A DNA stretch of 64,000 bases from Macrostomum lignano (lineage: Eukaryota). Where the stretch lies: assembly GCA_002269645.1 (NCBI GenBank), contig NIVC01002294.1:122099-186098 (forward strand), written 5' to 3'. The notes under the pieces are model-generated. The model did no database searches, was not told the DNA's origin, and saw only the letters and a program-made list of their open reading frames with translations. Positions within the stretch are counted from its first letter, which is position 1, and every line of letters starts with the position of its first letter. The translations under genes were made by a program, and so were the position numbers. Shown here in pieces: positions 10,500-22,452 of the stretch.

Positions 10500-11700
10500 G
10501 GACCAGAGGGCAGGGAGTGAGGTGGGGCTGGGGGGCTGGGGGAGACAGGCCAGAGGGGCAGGGAGTGAGGTGGGGCTGGGGGGCTGTGGGAGACAGGCCA
10601 GAGGGGCAGGGAGTGAGGTGGGGCTGGGGGGCTGTGGGAGACAGGCCAGAGGGGCAGGGAGTGAGGTGGGGTTGGGGGCTGGGGAGACAGGCCAGAGGGG
10701 CAGGGAGTGAGGTGGGGCTGGGGGCTGTGGGAGACAGGCCAGAGGGGCAGGGAGTGAGGTGGGGCTGGGGGGCTGGGGGAGACAGGCCAGGGGGGTCTTT
10801 CTCGAAAGCAACTTACGATCGACCATAGACGTAAGTTGGGTAAGCTACACTTACGGGTTGCTCGAAGGGCTCGCAAGTTAGCTATGCGTAAGATTGATCG
10901 CAATTTTACGAGTTCGTAACTTTGCGCAAAAGACTGTTTCTCCCCAGGGGGTGTTTCTCGAAACTCACGTAAGTTCTATGGTAAGTTAGATCGTAAGAAA
11001 GAAATTTACGTGTAGCGTAAGTTTGCTCGTAAGACGCTTTCTCAAAACTCACTTAGACTTTGCGTGGCTTACGCTGTTCGTAAGTCGTATCTGAAACGAA
11101 AAGTTGCATGTCTATGGTCATAAATCTGCAAATATCTTTACTTAGTCTATCGTAAGTTGCTTTCGAGAAAGACCCACCTTCGATAAAGTTTAACTTGACT
11201 TGGCTTGACTAAAGCTTCACGTACTATGCGATTAGTGCTTAAGTGCGTCTTACGACTGATACCGAGCAGTCGTAGGGTTAAGATCAACCTTACGAAAGAC
11301 CATAGACATACAAACGTTTCGAGAAACAGTCTTTTGCGCATAGTTACGAACTCGTAAAGTTGCGATCAATCTTACGCATAGCTAACTTGCGAGCCCTTCG
11401 AGCATCCCGTAAGTGTAGCTTACCCAACTTACGTCTATGGTCGATCGTAAGTTGCTTTCGAGAAAGACCCCCCAGAGGGGCAGTGAGTGAGGTGAGGCTG
11501 GGGGCTGTGGGAGACAGGCCAGAGGGGCAGGGAGTGAGGTGGGGCTGGGGGGCTGGGGAGACAGGCCAGAGGGGCAGGGAGTGAGGTGGGGCTGGGGGGC
11601 TGGGGGAGACAGGCCAGAGGGGCAGGGAGTGAGGTGGGGCTGGGGGGCTGGGGGAGACAGGCCAGAGGGGCAGGGAGTGAGGGGGACTGGGGAAGGCAGC
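10500..11700. repeat. About 43-bp G-rich VNTR interrupted by the MITE
   Basis: gagacaggccagaggggcagggagtgaggtggggctggggg units on both sides of the MITE. Confidence 0.9.
10791..11472. mobile_element. 682-bp non-autonomous DNA transposon (MITE), PIF/Harbinger-like by inference
   Basis: 152-bp TIRs (10791-10942 and 11321-11472, about 3 mismatches) starting GGGGGTCTTTCTCGAAAGC; CAG duplicated at 10788-10790 and 11473-11475; absent from right arm. Confidence 0.88.
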
Positions 11701-11803
11701 TTTAGAGGGACAGGGGATTAAGAAGGAGCTGTGAAAGAGGCTATTGGGTCAAGGCAATGGCAGTGAGCTCTACGATTCTAGCCGTTGCCGCACCGACCCC
11801 TAG

Positions 11804-12104
11804 GGCTACCAAATGCTTCGCGACGGGGAGCCCTACGGCTCTGTGCTGCCAGCGGACGCGACATCTTTCCGGCTTCGCGACCTGACGCTGGGTCAGCGCC
11901 TGACGCTGCAGCTGGTGGCTCTAACGGCGCACCCGGTAGGGCGGGGCGAGGAGCGCGCTGAGGGAGGCGTGGAACACGGCCAATTCAACCGGTGCACTCC
12001 CGGGCCGGCCCTGGTGGTGAACTACACCGGACTGGTGCTCGCCCCGGCCAGGGTCTGGTGCGATGACGTCACCGGGCACTCCGCAACCGTGGCCTGGACT
12101 CGCA
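11804..12104 (+). CDS. L e17: FN3
   Basis: tag|GYQMLRDG...LRDLTLGQRLTLQLVA...ATVAWTR|gtgag; phase 0-1. Confidence 0.87.
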
Positions 12105-13637
12105 GTGAGTTCGTCCCTCCTCCCTCTGCTGGCGCCCGTGCTTTTTTACCTTGAATACGCTAATATAGCAGTAAATACGGCGGTATCTAAGGCAAATACC
12201 GGTTGCTGTTGCTAACACATCGAATATATACAGATGAGATTTTTTCGAAATTGGTTACTTTTCCAAGAATTTGACAGTTTCTAATTAATTTACTAATCAC
12301 AACACTTTTGCGCTCAATCAACTCTACTAACAGTAGGCGCAACGCAAGTAGCACTATTTTTAATCCAAGCAAATTCACACAAACTCAACTTTTTTGCAAT
12401 GAAGAGTTCAGGGCAAATCGGCATTCACAGCCCCGGGCCTCCGCGGCTCCTCCCGCCGCTCGCTTTCCCGAACTTCCAGACAGACGGGCGGCGAAGTCCG
12501 CGGCCAAGCCAGCGAGGCGCCAGACCGGCCGGCACCCTCCATTGTAGACTCAACTTGAGCACCAAAACTTCTTTGGTTGGCTTTGCCGCTAAGCGGCCTC
12601 CCGCACCTTTTTGATTTATCGATTTTTTTAAAACTAAGATTAAACATGGGGATATTTTCCTTTGTCTTTGAAGCATTACCGCGTCTGTCTGTCTCTGAGT
12701 TTCCCGCAAATCGGGTGACCCGCGCACACCTGCCCCCCCCCGCGTGGTCCACTGAGAAATCCGGCTGCAGATGCCGCTCTCCAGATTCCAGTTATGCATA
12801 AATGAGTTGCCACTTGCTTAGCGCTCTCTGGAGTGCTGCTTCTGTTACTTTTTTTGCTTTTTCTCTGCTCCAGTAGCCACTTGAGTTCGGAGGCGGGGAG
12901 TGGTGGGGCCAGGTTGCCATGGCGGGGGAGGGCGATGAGGCGCAGCAGCTGAGGCTGAGAGATGAAGCTGAGCAATTTTCCGCTATTCTTTTGTGCCGGC
13001 AGCGCCGCCCGGAGTGGCCTGATGGCTTGGCACCTTGGCGGGGGGGGGGGTGAGTGCTCAGATTGCACCTGCACACAAATTGCATTTTGCACGCAGCCTC
13101 GGGCGCACATAAATCTGATAGCTGTTAGCGAAGGCACGCGCAAGCGAAATGCACAGCCCCGAATTTGAAAATGTGCGGCCACAGAGACTGGGAGAGTCAG
13201 CCCGGGCCTTGTAGCTTTGTGAGCTTCTGCTGAGCAAATCCCCCAGGCCTGCAGCTTCATCGGTGAGTTCCGCGTTGCTTCTCAGCTTCTCAGTAGAGTT
13301 GACTCTTTTGCATGGCCTCTGCTTTGAAATGCTAATCTTTGCTATGCACTGAGTTCTGAGTGCCAGAAAGAATTTGGTTGAGAAGGATTTTTTAAATAAA
13401 AAGTGATCCTTCAAAAGTTCCCAAGAAACCCAGAGTTCCGTTCTTCTAACTATTGACGCTCTTGAGACCTTCGCACTCATGCTAGCAATATCTGTGCTGT
13501 TCCCTGAGCACTGTCTGCTCAAATGCTGAAATATTAAATTCAAGCGAGCCCGGCTCAAATACAGAAAATTTGGCTGCAAGGACTTTTTTGAGAACCCAAG
13601 AAGCCCCTGCCCGCTCACCGCCATGAATGCGACTCAG

Positions 13638-14062
13638 AGAGCCCTGCCGCCTCACCGCCAGGTACATCCGGGAAGCTGCACTTCATCCAGCCGACGCACT
13701 ACCAGATCACCTGGTGGCCGGGCAGCTCGCCAGACCGCGAAGTCAACAGCGCCAGCACCCCGGAGGACTTCGCCCTGCTCGAGGGCCTCGCGCCCGCCAC
13801 CGCCTACACCGTCGTTGTCGAGGCCCGCTGCGAGCAGCGCCAGGAGGACGGAGGCGGCACCGTCATCGTCAGCAGCCGGCCGCAGCGGCTGAGCCTCCGC
13901 ACCGCCGAGCCGCCGCTGCCGCCCAGAAACCTCGGCGTCACCGCCACCACCTGCTGCAGCCTCCTGGTGGCCTGGGACCCCCCTGTTGAGCGCGGCTCCG
14001 AGGTCATCGGCATCCGCGTGGAGTGCGCGCCCGCCGCCGGCGCCACCGCTGGGGAGCTCCAG
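13638..14062 (+). CDS. L e18: FN3 domains
   Basis: YQITWW...LEGLAPATAYTVVVEA...PPLPPRNL...LLVAWDPP; phase 1-0 (frame not in ORF track). Confidence 0.87.
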
Positions 14063-14094
14063 GTGGGACTTAGGACTGATGGGGTTCCGGACTG

Positions 14095-15170
14095 TTGGGA
14101 TTCGGGACTGATAATTGGGATTCGGGACTGATAATTGGGATTCGGGACAGATAATTGGGATTCGGGACTGATAATAGGGATTCGGGACTGATAATAGGGA
14201 TTCGGGACTGATAATTGGGATTCAGGACTGATAATTGGGATTCGGGACAGATAATTGGGATTCGGGACTAATAATTGGGATTCGGGACTAATAATTGGGA
14301 TTTGGGACTGATATTTGATATTCGGGACTGATAATTGGGATTTGGGACTGATAATTGGGATTTGGGACTGATAATTGGGATTTGGGACTGATAATTGGGA
14401 TTTGGGACTGGTAATTGGGATTCGGGACTGATAATTGGGATTTGGGACTGATAATTGGGATTTGGGACTGATAATTTGGATTTGGGACTGATATTTGGGA
14501 TTCGGGACTGATATTTGGGATTCGGGACTGATATTTGGGATTCGGGATTAATAATTGGGATTCGGGACTGATATTTGGGATTCGGGACTGATAAATGGAA
14601 TTCGGGACTGATAATAGGGATTTGGGACTGGTAATTGGGATTCGGGAATGATATTTGGGATTCGGGACTGATATTTTGGATTCGGGACTGATATTTGGGA
14701 TTCGGGACTGATATTTGGGATTCGGGATTAATAATTGGGATTCGGGACTGATATTTGGGATTCGGGACTGATAAATGGAATTCGGGACTGATAATAGGGA
14801 TTTGGGACTGGTAATTGGGATTCAGGACTGATATTTGGGATTCGGGACTGATATTTGGGATTCGGGACTGATATTTGGGATTCGGGACTGATATTTGGGA
14901 TTCGGGACTGATATTTGGGATTCGAGACTGATATTTGGGATTCGAGATTAATAATTGGGATTCGGGACAGATATTTGGGATTCGGGACTGATAAATGGAA
15001 TTCGGGACTGATAATAGGGATTTGGGACTGGTAATTGGGATTCGGGACTAATAATTGGGATTCGGGACTGATATTTGGGATTCGGGATTGATATTTGGGA
15101 TTCGGGACTGATATTTGGGATTCGGGATTGATATTTGGGATTCGGGACAAATAATTGGGATTCGGGACTG
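14095..15170. repeat. 20-bp VNTR ttcgggactgata(a/t)ttggga
   Basis: About 53 copies. Confidence 0.95.
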
Positions 15171-15194
15171 ACGGGAGAGCCTCCGCCGCCGCAG

Positions 15195-15638
15195 GTGCTG
15201 GAGCTCATGCCCGACGCCACCCGGGCCCTCATCGAGAACCTCCGCGAGCGCACCGACTACTCCGTCCGCGTCTGCGCCGTCACCGAGGAGGCGCTGCAGT
15301 CGTTGCCGCCGCGCCACCCCGCCCGCCTGGCCCGCAAGCTGCCTGCCGACCTCTCTGAACTCGCCGGCCTCGTCGACTCCGCCTGGATGCCCGCCGCACA
15401 CCTGCTGGCCACCACCAGCGGCACCCTGGCGCCCGGCCGCATCCGCCTGGCGGGCCTCACCGACCAGGCCGTGAAGCTGCGCTGGCAGCCGCCCTCCGTC
15501 ACCGGCTCCAACCGCCTGCGCGGCCAGGTGGTCCGCTGGGCCGAGGTGCCCGACAGCGCCCGGCCCGCCGCCAGGGCGTCCGACTGGGACGGCCCGTCTG
15601 CCGCCGACTACGTCTCGCTGGACCCCAAGGACTCCAAG
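15195..15638 (+). CDS. L e19: FN3 domains
   Basis: IENLRERTDYSVRVCA...VKLRWQPP; phase 0-0. Confidence 0.88.
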
Positions 15639-15644
15639 GTGAGG

Positions 15645-15920
15645 TTCTACTCTACTCTACTCTACTCTACTCTACTCTACTCTACACTACTCTAATCTAC
15701 TCTACTCTAATCTACTCTACTCTACTCTACACTACTCTACTCTAATCTACTCTACTCTACTCTACTCTACTCTACACTACTCTACTCTACTCTACTCTAC
15801 TCTACTCTACTCTACACTACTCTACTCTACTCTACTCTACTCTACACTACTCTACTCTACTCTACTCTACACTACTCTACTCTACTCTACTCTACTCTAC
15901 TCTACTCTACTCTACTCTAC
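15645..15920. repeat. (tctac)n
   Basis: Fills the e19-e20 intron. Confidence 0.95.
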
Positions 15921-15929
15921 GTTCCCCAG

Positions 15930-16480
15930 GTGACCCTAGAAGGACTTCGCCCGGGCACGAAGTACCGCATCGTAGTGGAGGCCGTCGTCAGCGTCAAGAC
16001 GGCGCTGGACCCGTCAGCAGATGGCGCCACCGCTGAGGAAGAGCTGCGCAATCGGCGCACGGCGCATGTCTCCAGCGACCCGGCGTTCGTGCGCACCAGG
16101 TGTCACGTGGCCCAGCCCCGCCCCATGGTGGCCGCGGTGAAGCCGGACTCCGTCCTGCTGCACTGGAGCGGCCGTACGCGCTGGCGGTGGTGCGGCCCGA
16201 GCAGGCCAGCGAGAGGCGCTACGTGCGCTGCCACATCGAGGGCTACCGGCTGGAGATCAACGGCAAGCCCTACGTGAGCCTGCGGCCCGACGCCCAGACC
16301 TGCCGGCTGGTGAAGTGCCGGCCCGGCAAGCTGTACAGCATCGTGCTTGTGGCCGTCAGCCAGACCGACGCCGCCAAGAAGGAGGCCCGGCGGCTGCGGA
16401 AGAGCCGCGGCTCCGAGCAGGAGCAGCAGATCTGCCTGTACCCCGACGAACCAGATGAGACTTTCAGCGAGCCCGTGGAG
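15930..16480 (+). CDS. L e20: FN3 domains (1-bp deletion near 16166 vs R)
   Basis: LEGLRPGTKYRIVVEA; R copy is open for 184 codons. Confidence 0.85.
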
Positions 16481-16529
16481 GTAAGCGGCCGAGACTTGGA
16501 CAGGAATTCTAGGGCTCATTGGTCTAGGA

Positions 16530-19500
16530 CCCCCATTGAGAATCGCCTCCGCTTCCAGAGATCCCCATTGAGAATCGCCTCCGCTTCCAGAGATCCCCAT
16601 TGAGAATCGCCCCCGCTTCCAGTGACCCCCATTGAGAATCGCCCCCGCTTCCAGAGACCCCCATTGAGAATCGCCCACGCTTCCAGAGACCCCCATTGAG
16701 AATCGGCCCCGCTTCCAGTGACCCCCATTGAGAATCGCCCCCGCTTCCAGAGACCCCCATTGAGAATCGCCCACGCTTCCAGAGACCCCCATTGAGAATC
16801 GGCCCCGCTTCCAGTGACCCCCATTGAGAATCGCCCCCGCTTCCAGAGACCCCATTGAGAATCGGCCACGCTTCCAGAGACCCCATTGAGAATCGGCCCG
16901 CTTCCAGTGACCCCCATTGAGAATCGCCCCCGCTTCCAGAGACCCCATTGAGAATCGGCCCCGCTTCCAGAGACCCCATTGAGAATCGGCCCCGCTTCCA
17001 GAGACCCACATTGAGAATCGCCCCCGCTTCCAGAGACCCATTGAGAATCGCCCCCGCTTCCAGTGACCCACATTGAGAATCGCCCCCGCTTCCAGAGACC
17101 CCCATTGAGAATCGCCCCCGCTTCCAGAGACCCCCATTGAGAATCGCCTCCACCCCAGAGACCCCCATTGAGAATCGTCCCCACTCCAGAGAATCTCCAT
17201 TGAGAATCGCCCCCGCTTCCAGAGACACCCATTAAGAATCGCCCTCGCTTCCAGAGATCCCCATTGAGAATCGCCCCGCTTCCAGAGACCCCCATTGAGA
17301 ATCGCCCCGCTTCCAGAGACCCCCATTGAGAATCGCCCCCGCTTCCAGTGACCCCCATTGAGAATTGCCCCCACCCCAGAGACCCCCATTGAGAATCGTC
17401 CCCACTCCAGAGAATCTCCATTGAGAATCGCCCTCGCTTCCAGAGATCCCCATTGAGAATCGCCCCCGCTTTCAGTGACCCCCATTGAGAATCGCCCCCG
17501 CTTCCAGAGACCCCATTGAGAATCGGCCCCGCTTCCAGAGACCCACATTGAGAATCGCCCTCGCTTCCAGTGACCCCCATTGAGAATCGCCCCCGCTTCC
17601 AGAGACCCCCATTGAGAATCGCCTCCACCCCAGAGACCCCCATTGAGAATCGGCCCCGCTTCCAGAGACCCACATTGAGAATCGCCCCCGCTTCCAGAGA
17701 CCCATTGAGAATCGCCCCCGCTTCCAGTGACCCACATTGAGAATCGCCCCCGCTTCCAGAGACCCCCATTGAGAATCGCCCCCGCTTCCAGAGACCCCCA
17801 TTGAGAATCGCCCCCGCTTCCAGAGACCCCCATTGAGAATCGCCCCCGCTTCCAGTGACCCCCATTGAGAATTGCCCCACCCCAGAGACCCCCATTGAGA
17901 ATCGTCCCCACTCCAGAGAATCTCCATTGAGAATCGCCCCCGCTTTCAGTGACCCCCATTGAGAATCGCCCCCGCTTCCAGAGACCCCATTGAGAATCGG
18001 CCCCACTCCAGAGAATCTCCATTGAGAATCGCCCTCGCTTCCAGTGACCCCCATTGAGAATCGCCCCCGCTTCCAGAGACCCCATTGAGAATCGGCCCCG
18101 CTTCCAGAGACCCACATTGAGAATCGCCCCCGCTTCCAGAGACCCCATTGAGAATCGGCCCCGCTTCCAGAGACCCACATTGAGAATCGCCCCCGCTTCC
18201 AGAGACCCATTGAGAATCGCCCCCGCTTCCAGAGACCCCCATTGAGAATCGCCCCCGCTTCCAGAGACCCCCATTGAGAATCGCCCCCGCTTCCAGAGAC
18301 CCCCATTGAGAATCGCCTCCACCCCAGAGACCCCCATTGAGAATCGTCCCCACTCCAGAGAATCTCCATTGAGAATCGCCCCGCTTCCAGAGACACCCAT
18401 TAAGAATCGCCCTCGCTTCCAGAGATCCCCATTGAGAATCGCCCCCGCTTCCAGAGACCCCCATTGAGAATCGCCCCGCTTCCAGAGACCCCCATTGAGA
18501 ATCGCCCCCGCTTCCAGTGACCCCCATTGAGAATTGCCCCCACCCCAGAGACCCCCATTGAGAATCGTCCCCACTCCAGAGAATCTCCATTGAGAATCGC
18601 CCTCGCTTCCAGAGATCCCCATTGAGAATCGCCCCCGCTTTCAGTGACCCCCATTGAGAATCGGCCCCGCTTCCAGAGACCCCCATTGAGAATCGCCCCC
18701 GCTTCCAGTGACCCCCATTGAGAATCGCCCCCGCTTCCAGAGACCCCCATTGAGAATCGCCCCCGCTTCCAGAGACCCCCATTGAGAATCGCCCCCGCTT
18801 CCAGAGACCCCCATTGAGAATCGGCCCCGCTTCCAGAGACCCCATTGAGAATCGCCCCCGCTTCCAGTGACCCCCATTGAGAATTGCCCCCACCCCAGAG
18901 ACCCCCATTGAGAATCGCCCCCACCCCAGAGACCCCCATTGAGAATCGTCCCCACTCCAGAGAATCTCCATTGAGAATCGCCCTCGCTTCCAGAGATCCC
19001 CATTGAGAATCGCCCACGCTTTCAGTGACCCCCATTGAGAATCGCCCACGCTTCCAGAGACCCCCATTGAGAATCGCCCCCGCTTCCAGAGACCCCATTG
19101 AGAATCGGCCCCGCTTCCAGAGACCCCATTGAGAATCGGCCCCGCTTCCAGAGACCCCCATTGAGAATCGCCCCCGCTTCCAGTGACCCCCATTGAGAAT
19201 TGCCCCCACCCCAGAGACCCCCATTGAGAATCGTCCCCACTCCAGAGAATCTCCATTGAGAATCGCCCCCGCTTCCAGAGACACCCATTAAGAATCGCCC
19301 TCGCTTCCAGAGACACCCATTAAGAATCGCCCCCGCTTTCAGTGACCCCCATTGAGAATCGCCCCCACCCAGAGACCCCCATTGAGAATCGCCCCCACCC
19401 CAGAGACCCCCATTGAGAATCGTCCCCACTCCAGAGAATCTCCATTGAGAATCGCCCTCGCTTCCAGAGATCCCCATTGAGAATCGCCCCGCTTTCAGTG

Positions 19501-20090
19501 ACCCCCATTGAGAATCGGCCCCGCTTCCAGAGACCCCCATTGAGAATCGCCCCCGCTTCCAGTGACCCCCATTGAGAATTGCCCCCACCCCAGAGACCCC
19601 CATTGAGAATCGTCCCCACTCCAGAGAATCTCCATTGAGAATCGCCCCCGCTTCCAGAGACACCCATTAAGAATCGCCCTCGCTTCCAGAGACCCCCATT
19701 GAGAATCGTCCCCACTCCAGAGAATCTCCATTGAGAATCGCCCCCGCTTCCAGAGACACCCATTAAGAATCGCCCTCGCTTTCAGTGACCCCCATTGAGA
19801 ATCGCCCCCACCCCAGAGACCCCCATTGAGAATCGCCCCCACCCCAGTGACCCCCATTGAGAATCGCCCCCACCCAGAGACCCCCATTGAGAATCGCCCC
19901 CACCCCAGAGACCCCATTGAGAATCGCCCCCGCTTCCAGTGACCCCATTGAGAATCGCCCCCACCCCAGAGACCCCCATTGAGAATCGCCCCCACCCCAG
20001 AGACCCCCATTGAGAATCGCCCCCACCCCAGAGACCCCCATTGAGAATCGCCCCCACTCCAGAGAATCTCCATTGAGAATCGCCCCACCC
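16530..20090. repeat. About 32-bp VNTR ccccattgagaatcgcccccgcttccagagac with variant units
   Basis: 3.5 kb; source of the spurious 839/626/456-aa ORFs. Confidence 0.97.
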
Positions 20091-20096
20091 CCTCAG

Positions 20097-21275
20097 GTGC
20101 GGGTGCCGGGAGGTCAGCTGGCCGCAATCCGCGAGATCTCCGCCGAGTTTCACCTGCCAGACGGTGACGAAGCAGGTGGCGCAGGCGTCGGCGAGGTGCG
20201 GCTGCGCTGGACTCTGGACGACGAGTTCCAAGGCCAGGTGAAGCAGTTCAACGTCACCTGGAGCACCGACCGGGAGGCGGCGCGGGCGCAGCGCCGGGTG
20301 CTGGACGCCGCCGCCACCAGTGCAGCACTGGAGTGCTCTGAGCGCGGCGCCGTCGTCACGGCCCGCCTGGAGGCGCTGCTGACCCGGGAGACCCGCGAGC
20401 CGATCGTCCAGCAGGTGCAGCTCACCACGCCGGGGCCGCCGGCAGCACCGCAGATTTTCCTGGACGCGATGTCGGACCGGGAGATCGTCGTCGAGTGGTC
20501 GGAGCCGGCGCTGTTCGGCAGCGTTGGCGTCGCCGGCTACCAGCTGCTGGTGAATGGTAAGGCGGCCGGCGAGCCGCTGGAGCCGACACACCGCCGGGCC
20601 GTGATTCCCTGCCGGGCCAGCAGGCACTACCGGGTGCAGCTGGTGGCGCTGTCCGCCCACCGCGACTTTCCCGACTCGCCACCGTCCGCGCCGCTGTTCA
20701 TCAGCACCTACCCCAACATGCCGGCCGTGTCGGAGGCGCCGCCGCCCGACTTCGCCGACGCGGAAGCCGAGGGGGACGCCCTCGCCGGCGACCTGTCGGA
20801 GATCCCGCTGACGGTCAGCGCCCGGACGGACTCGACCCTGACGGTGGAGTGGATGGCCTACCAGCCTCCGGACGGAGTCCACAGCTTCACGCTGCAGTGG
20901 TCCAGCCCGGCACAGCCGGCCGAGCGCACCGAGACGCTGGCGCACCAGGAGCGCTCCTGCCTGCTGCAGAACCTGCTGCCCGGCACCGTCTACTCCCTGC
21001 GGCTCAGCGCGCTCGACTCCAACCGCGCCGTCGTGGAGAAAAGCCGCGCCCTGCGCGCGCAGACCTGCGCCCCGATCGACACCCCCCTGCTGCGCCTCCG
21101 CGCCTGCAACTTCTCCTACATCGCCGTGCACTGGACGGAGCCACGGCACTACGGAGATGCTGCCGTGGCCGGCTACAAGGTCTTCATCAACGGGGTGGTG
21201 GAGGAGACGCTGGGCGCCGGGGAGACCAGCTACACCTACTGCAAGGGCCGCTGGTGCCAGGACTACAGCTTCCAG
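20097..21275 (+). CDS. L e21: about 4 FN3 domains
   Basis: 393 codons; IVVEWSEP, GYQLLVNG, NLLPGTVYSLRLSA, GYKVFING; phase 0-0. Confidence 0.92.
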
Positions 21276-21487
21276 GTGCGACAGTGGCTCCCGCTTGTTT
21301 TTTAGCAGAGACCCAACTGACACATTACCGGCACATCTCTGACACATCACTGACACACCTCTGACACATTACCGGCACATCTCTGACACATCACTGACAC
21401 ACCCCATTGTACATCACGAAACAAGCACATTTGACAGTAACTGGCAAACAACTGACTCCCCAAAACTCCGCCCCGACACCCCTACAG

Positions 21488-22042
21488 GTGCAGGCCATCA
21501 GCAATGACCCCCGCTTCAACAGCAAGCCCAGCGACAGCCTGCTCGTCACGTGGCCCGGCTGCCTGCCCGGCGAGCTGCGGCCCCTCGCCGGCTCCGTCAG
21601 CGGCGCCGCCCGGGTCGCCTGGCCGGCGCCGTTCCTGACGGAGGGCGTCAAGCTGAAGCAGTTCCGCCTTATCTGCAAGCTGGCCGACACGGGCCAGGTG
21701 ATCCGCGTAGTCGGCCCGCTGCACCCGGAGACTCGGGAGGCGGAGGTGACGGGGCTGCGCTCGGGCACCTACCACCTGCAGCTGGAGGTGCAGCTGCACG
21801 GCACCCAGATGGCTGTGCTGTCCGCGGCCCTGACAGTGCAGCCGACTCTGACCCCGGACCCGCCGACGGTCACAGTGTCGGTGGTCGGCCTGGAGCAGCG
21901 CCGGCAACTCGAGGCTGCTGTCTGCCGGCTGGTGAATCGGCGGGACCGCCATGTGCGGCGGATCCACAACATCCACATGCTGCCGACAAAGACGCTGGAG
22001 GAGACGCAGCTGCTGGCGAAGTACACGGAGACCTACAACCAG
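21488..22042 (+). CDS. L e22: FN3 plus helical insert
   Basis: VTGLRSGTYHLQLEV...PDPPTVTV...TYNQ|gtgag. Confidence 0.88.
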
Positions 22043-22069
22043 GTGAGAGAGGGCTGCTGATAACAGCAA

Positions 22070-22452
22070 CACCCTTATCAACACCCTCATCCACACCCTC
22101 ATCGACATCATCATCGACATCCTCTTCCGACATACTCATAGAACATCCTCATCGACATCCTCGTCCGACACCCTCATCCAACATCCTCATCCGAAATCCT
22201 CATCGACATCCTCATCCGACACACTCATCGACATCCTCATCCGACACACTCATCGACATCCTCATCAACATCCTCATCCGATACACTCATCGACATCCTC
22301 ATCGACATCCTCATCCGACACACTCATCGACATCCTCATCAACATCCTCATCCGACACACTCATCGACATCCTCATCGACATCCTCATCTGACATCCTCA
22401 TCGACATCCTCATCCGACATCCTCATCTGACACACTCATCGACATCCTCATC
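22070..22452. repeat. catcctcatc(c)gaca-type minisatellite
   Basis: Direct reading. Confidence 0.88.

Noticed and set aside
16103-20127. Long minus-strand ORFs (839, 626, 456 aa) rich in GSLEAGAILNG
   Set aside because: Translations of the intronic 32-bp VNTR; array length differs 3.5-fold between arms
19782-21356. 524-aa minus ORF (and the 554-aa mirror at 42576-44240)
   Set aside because: Antisense shadow of GC-rich exon e21 plus repeat
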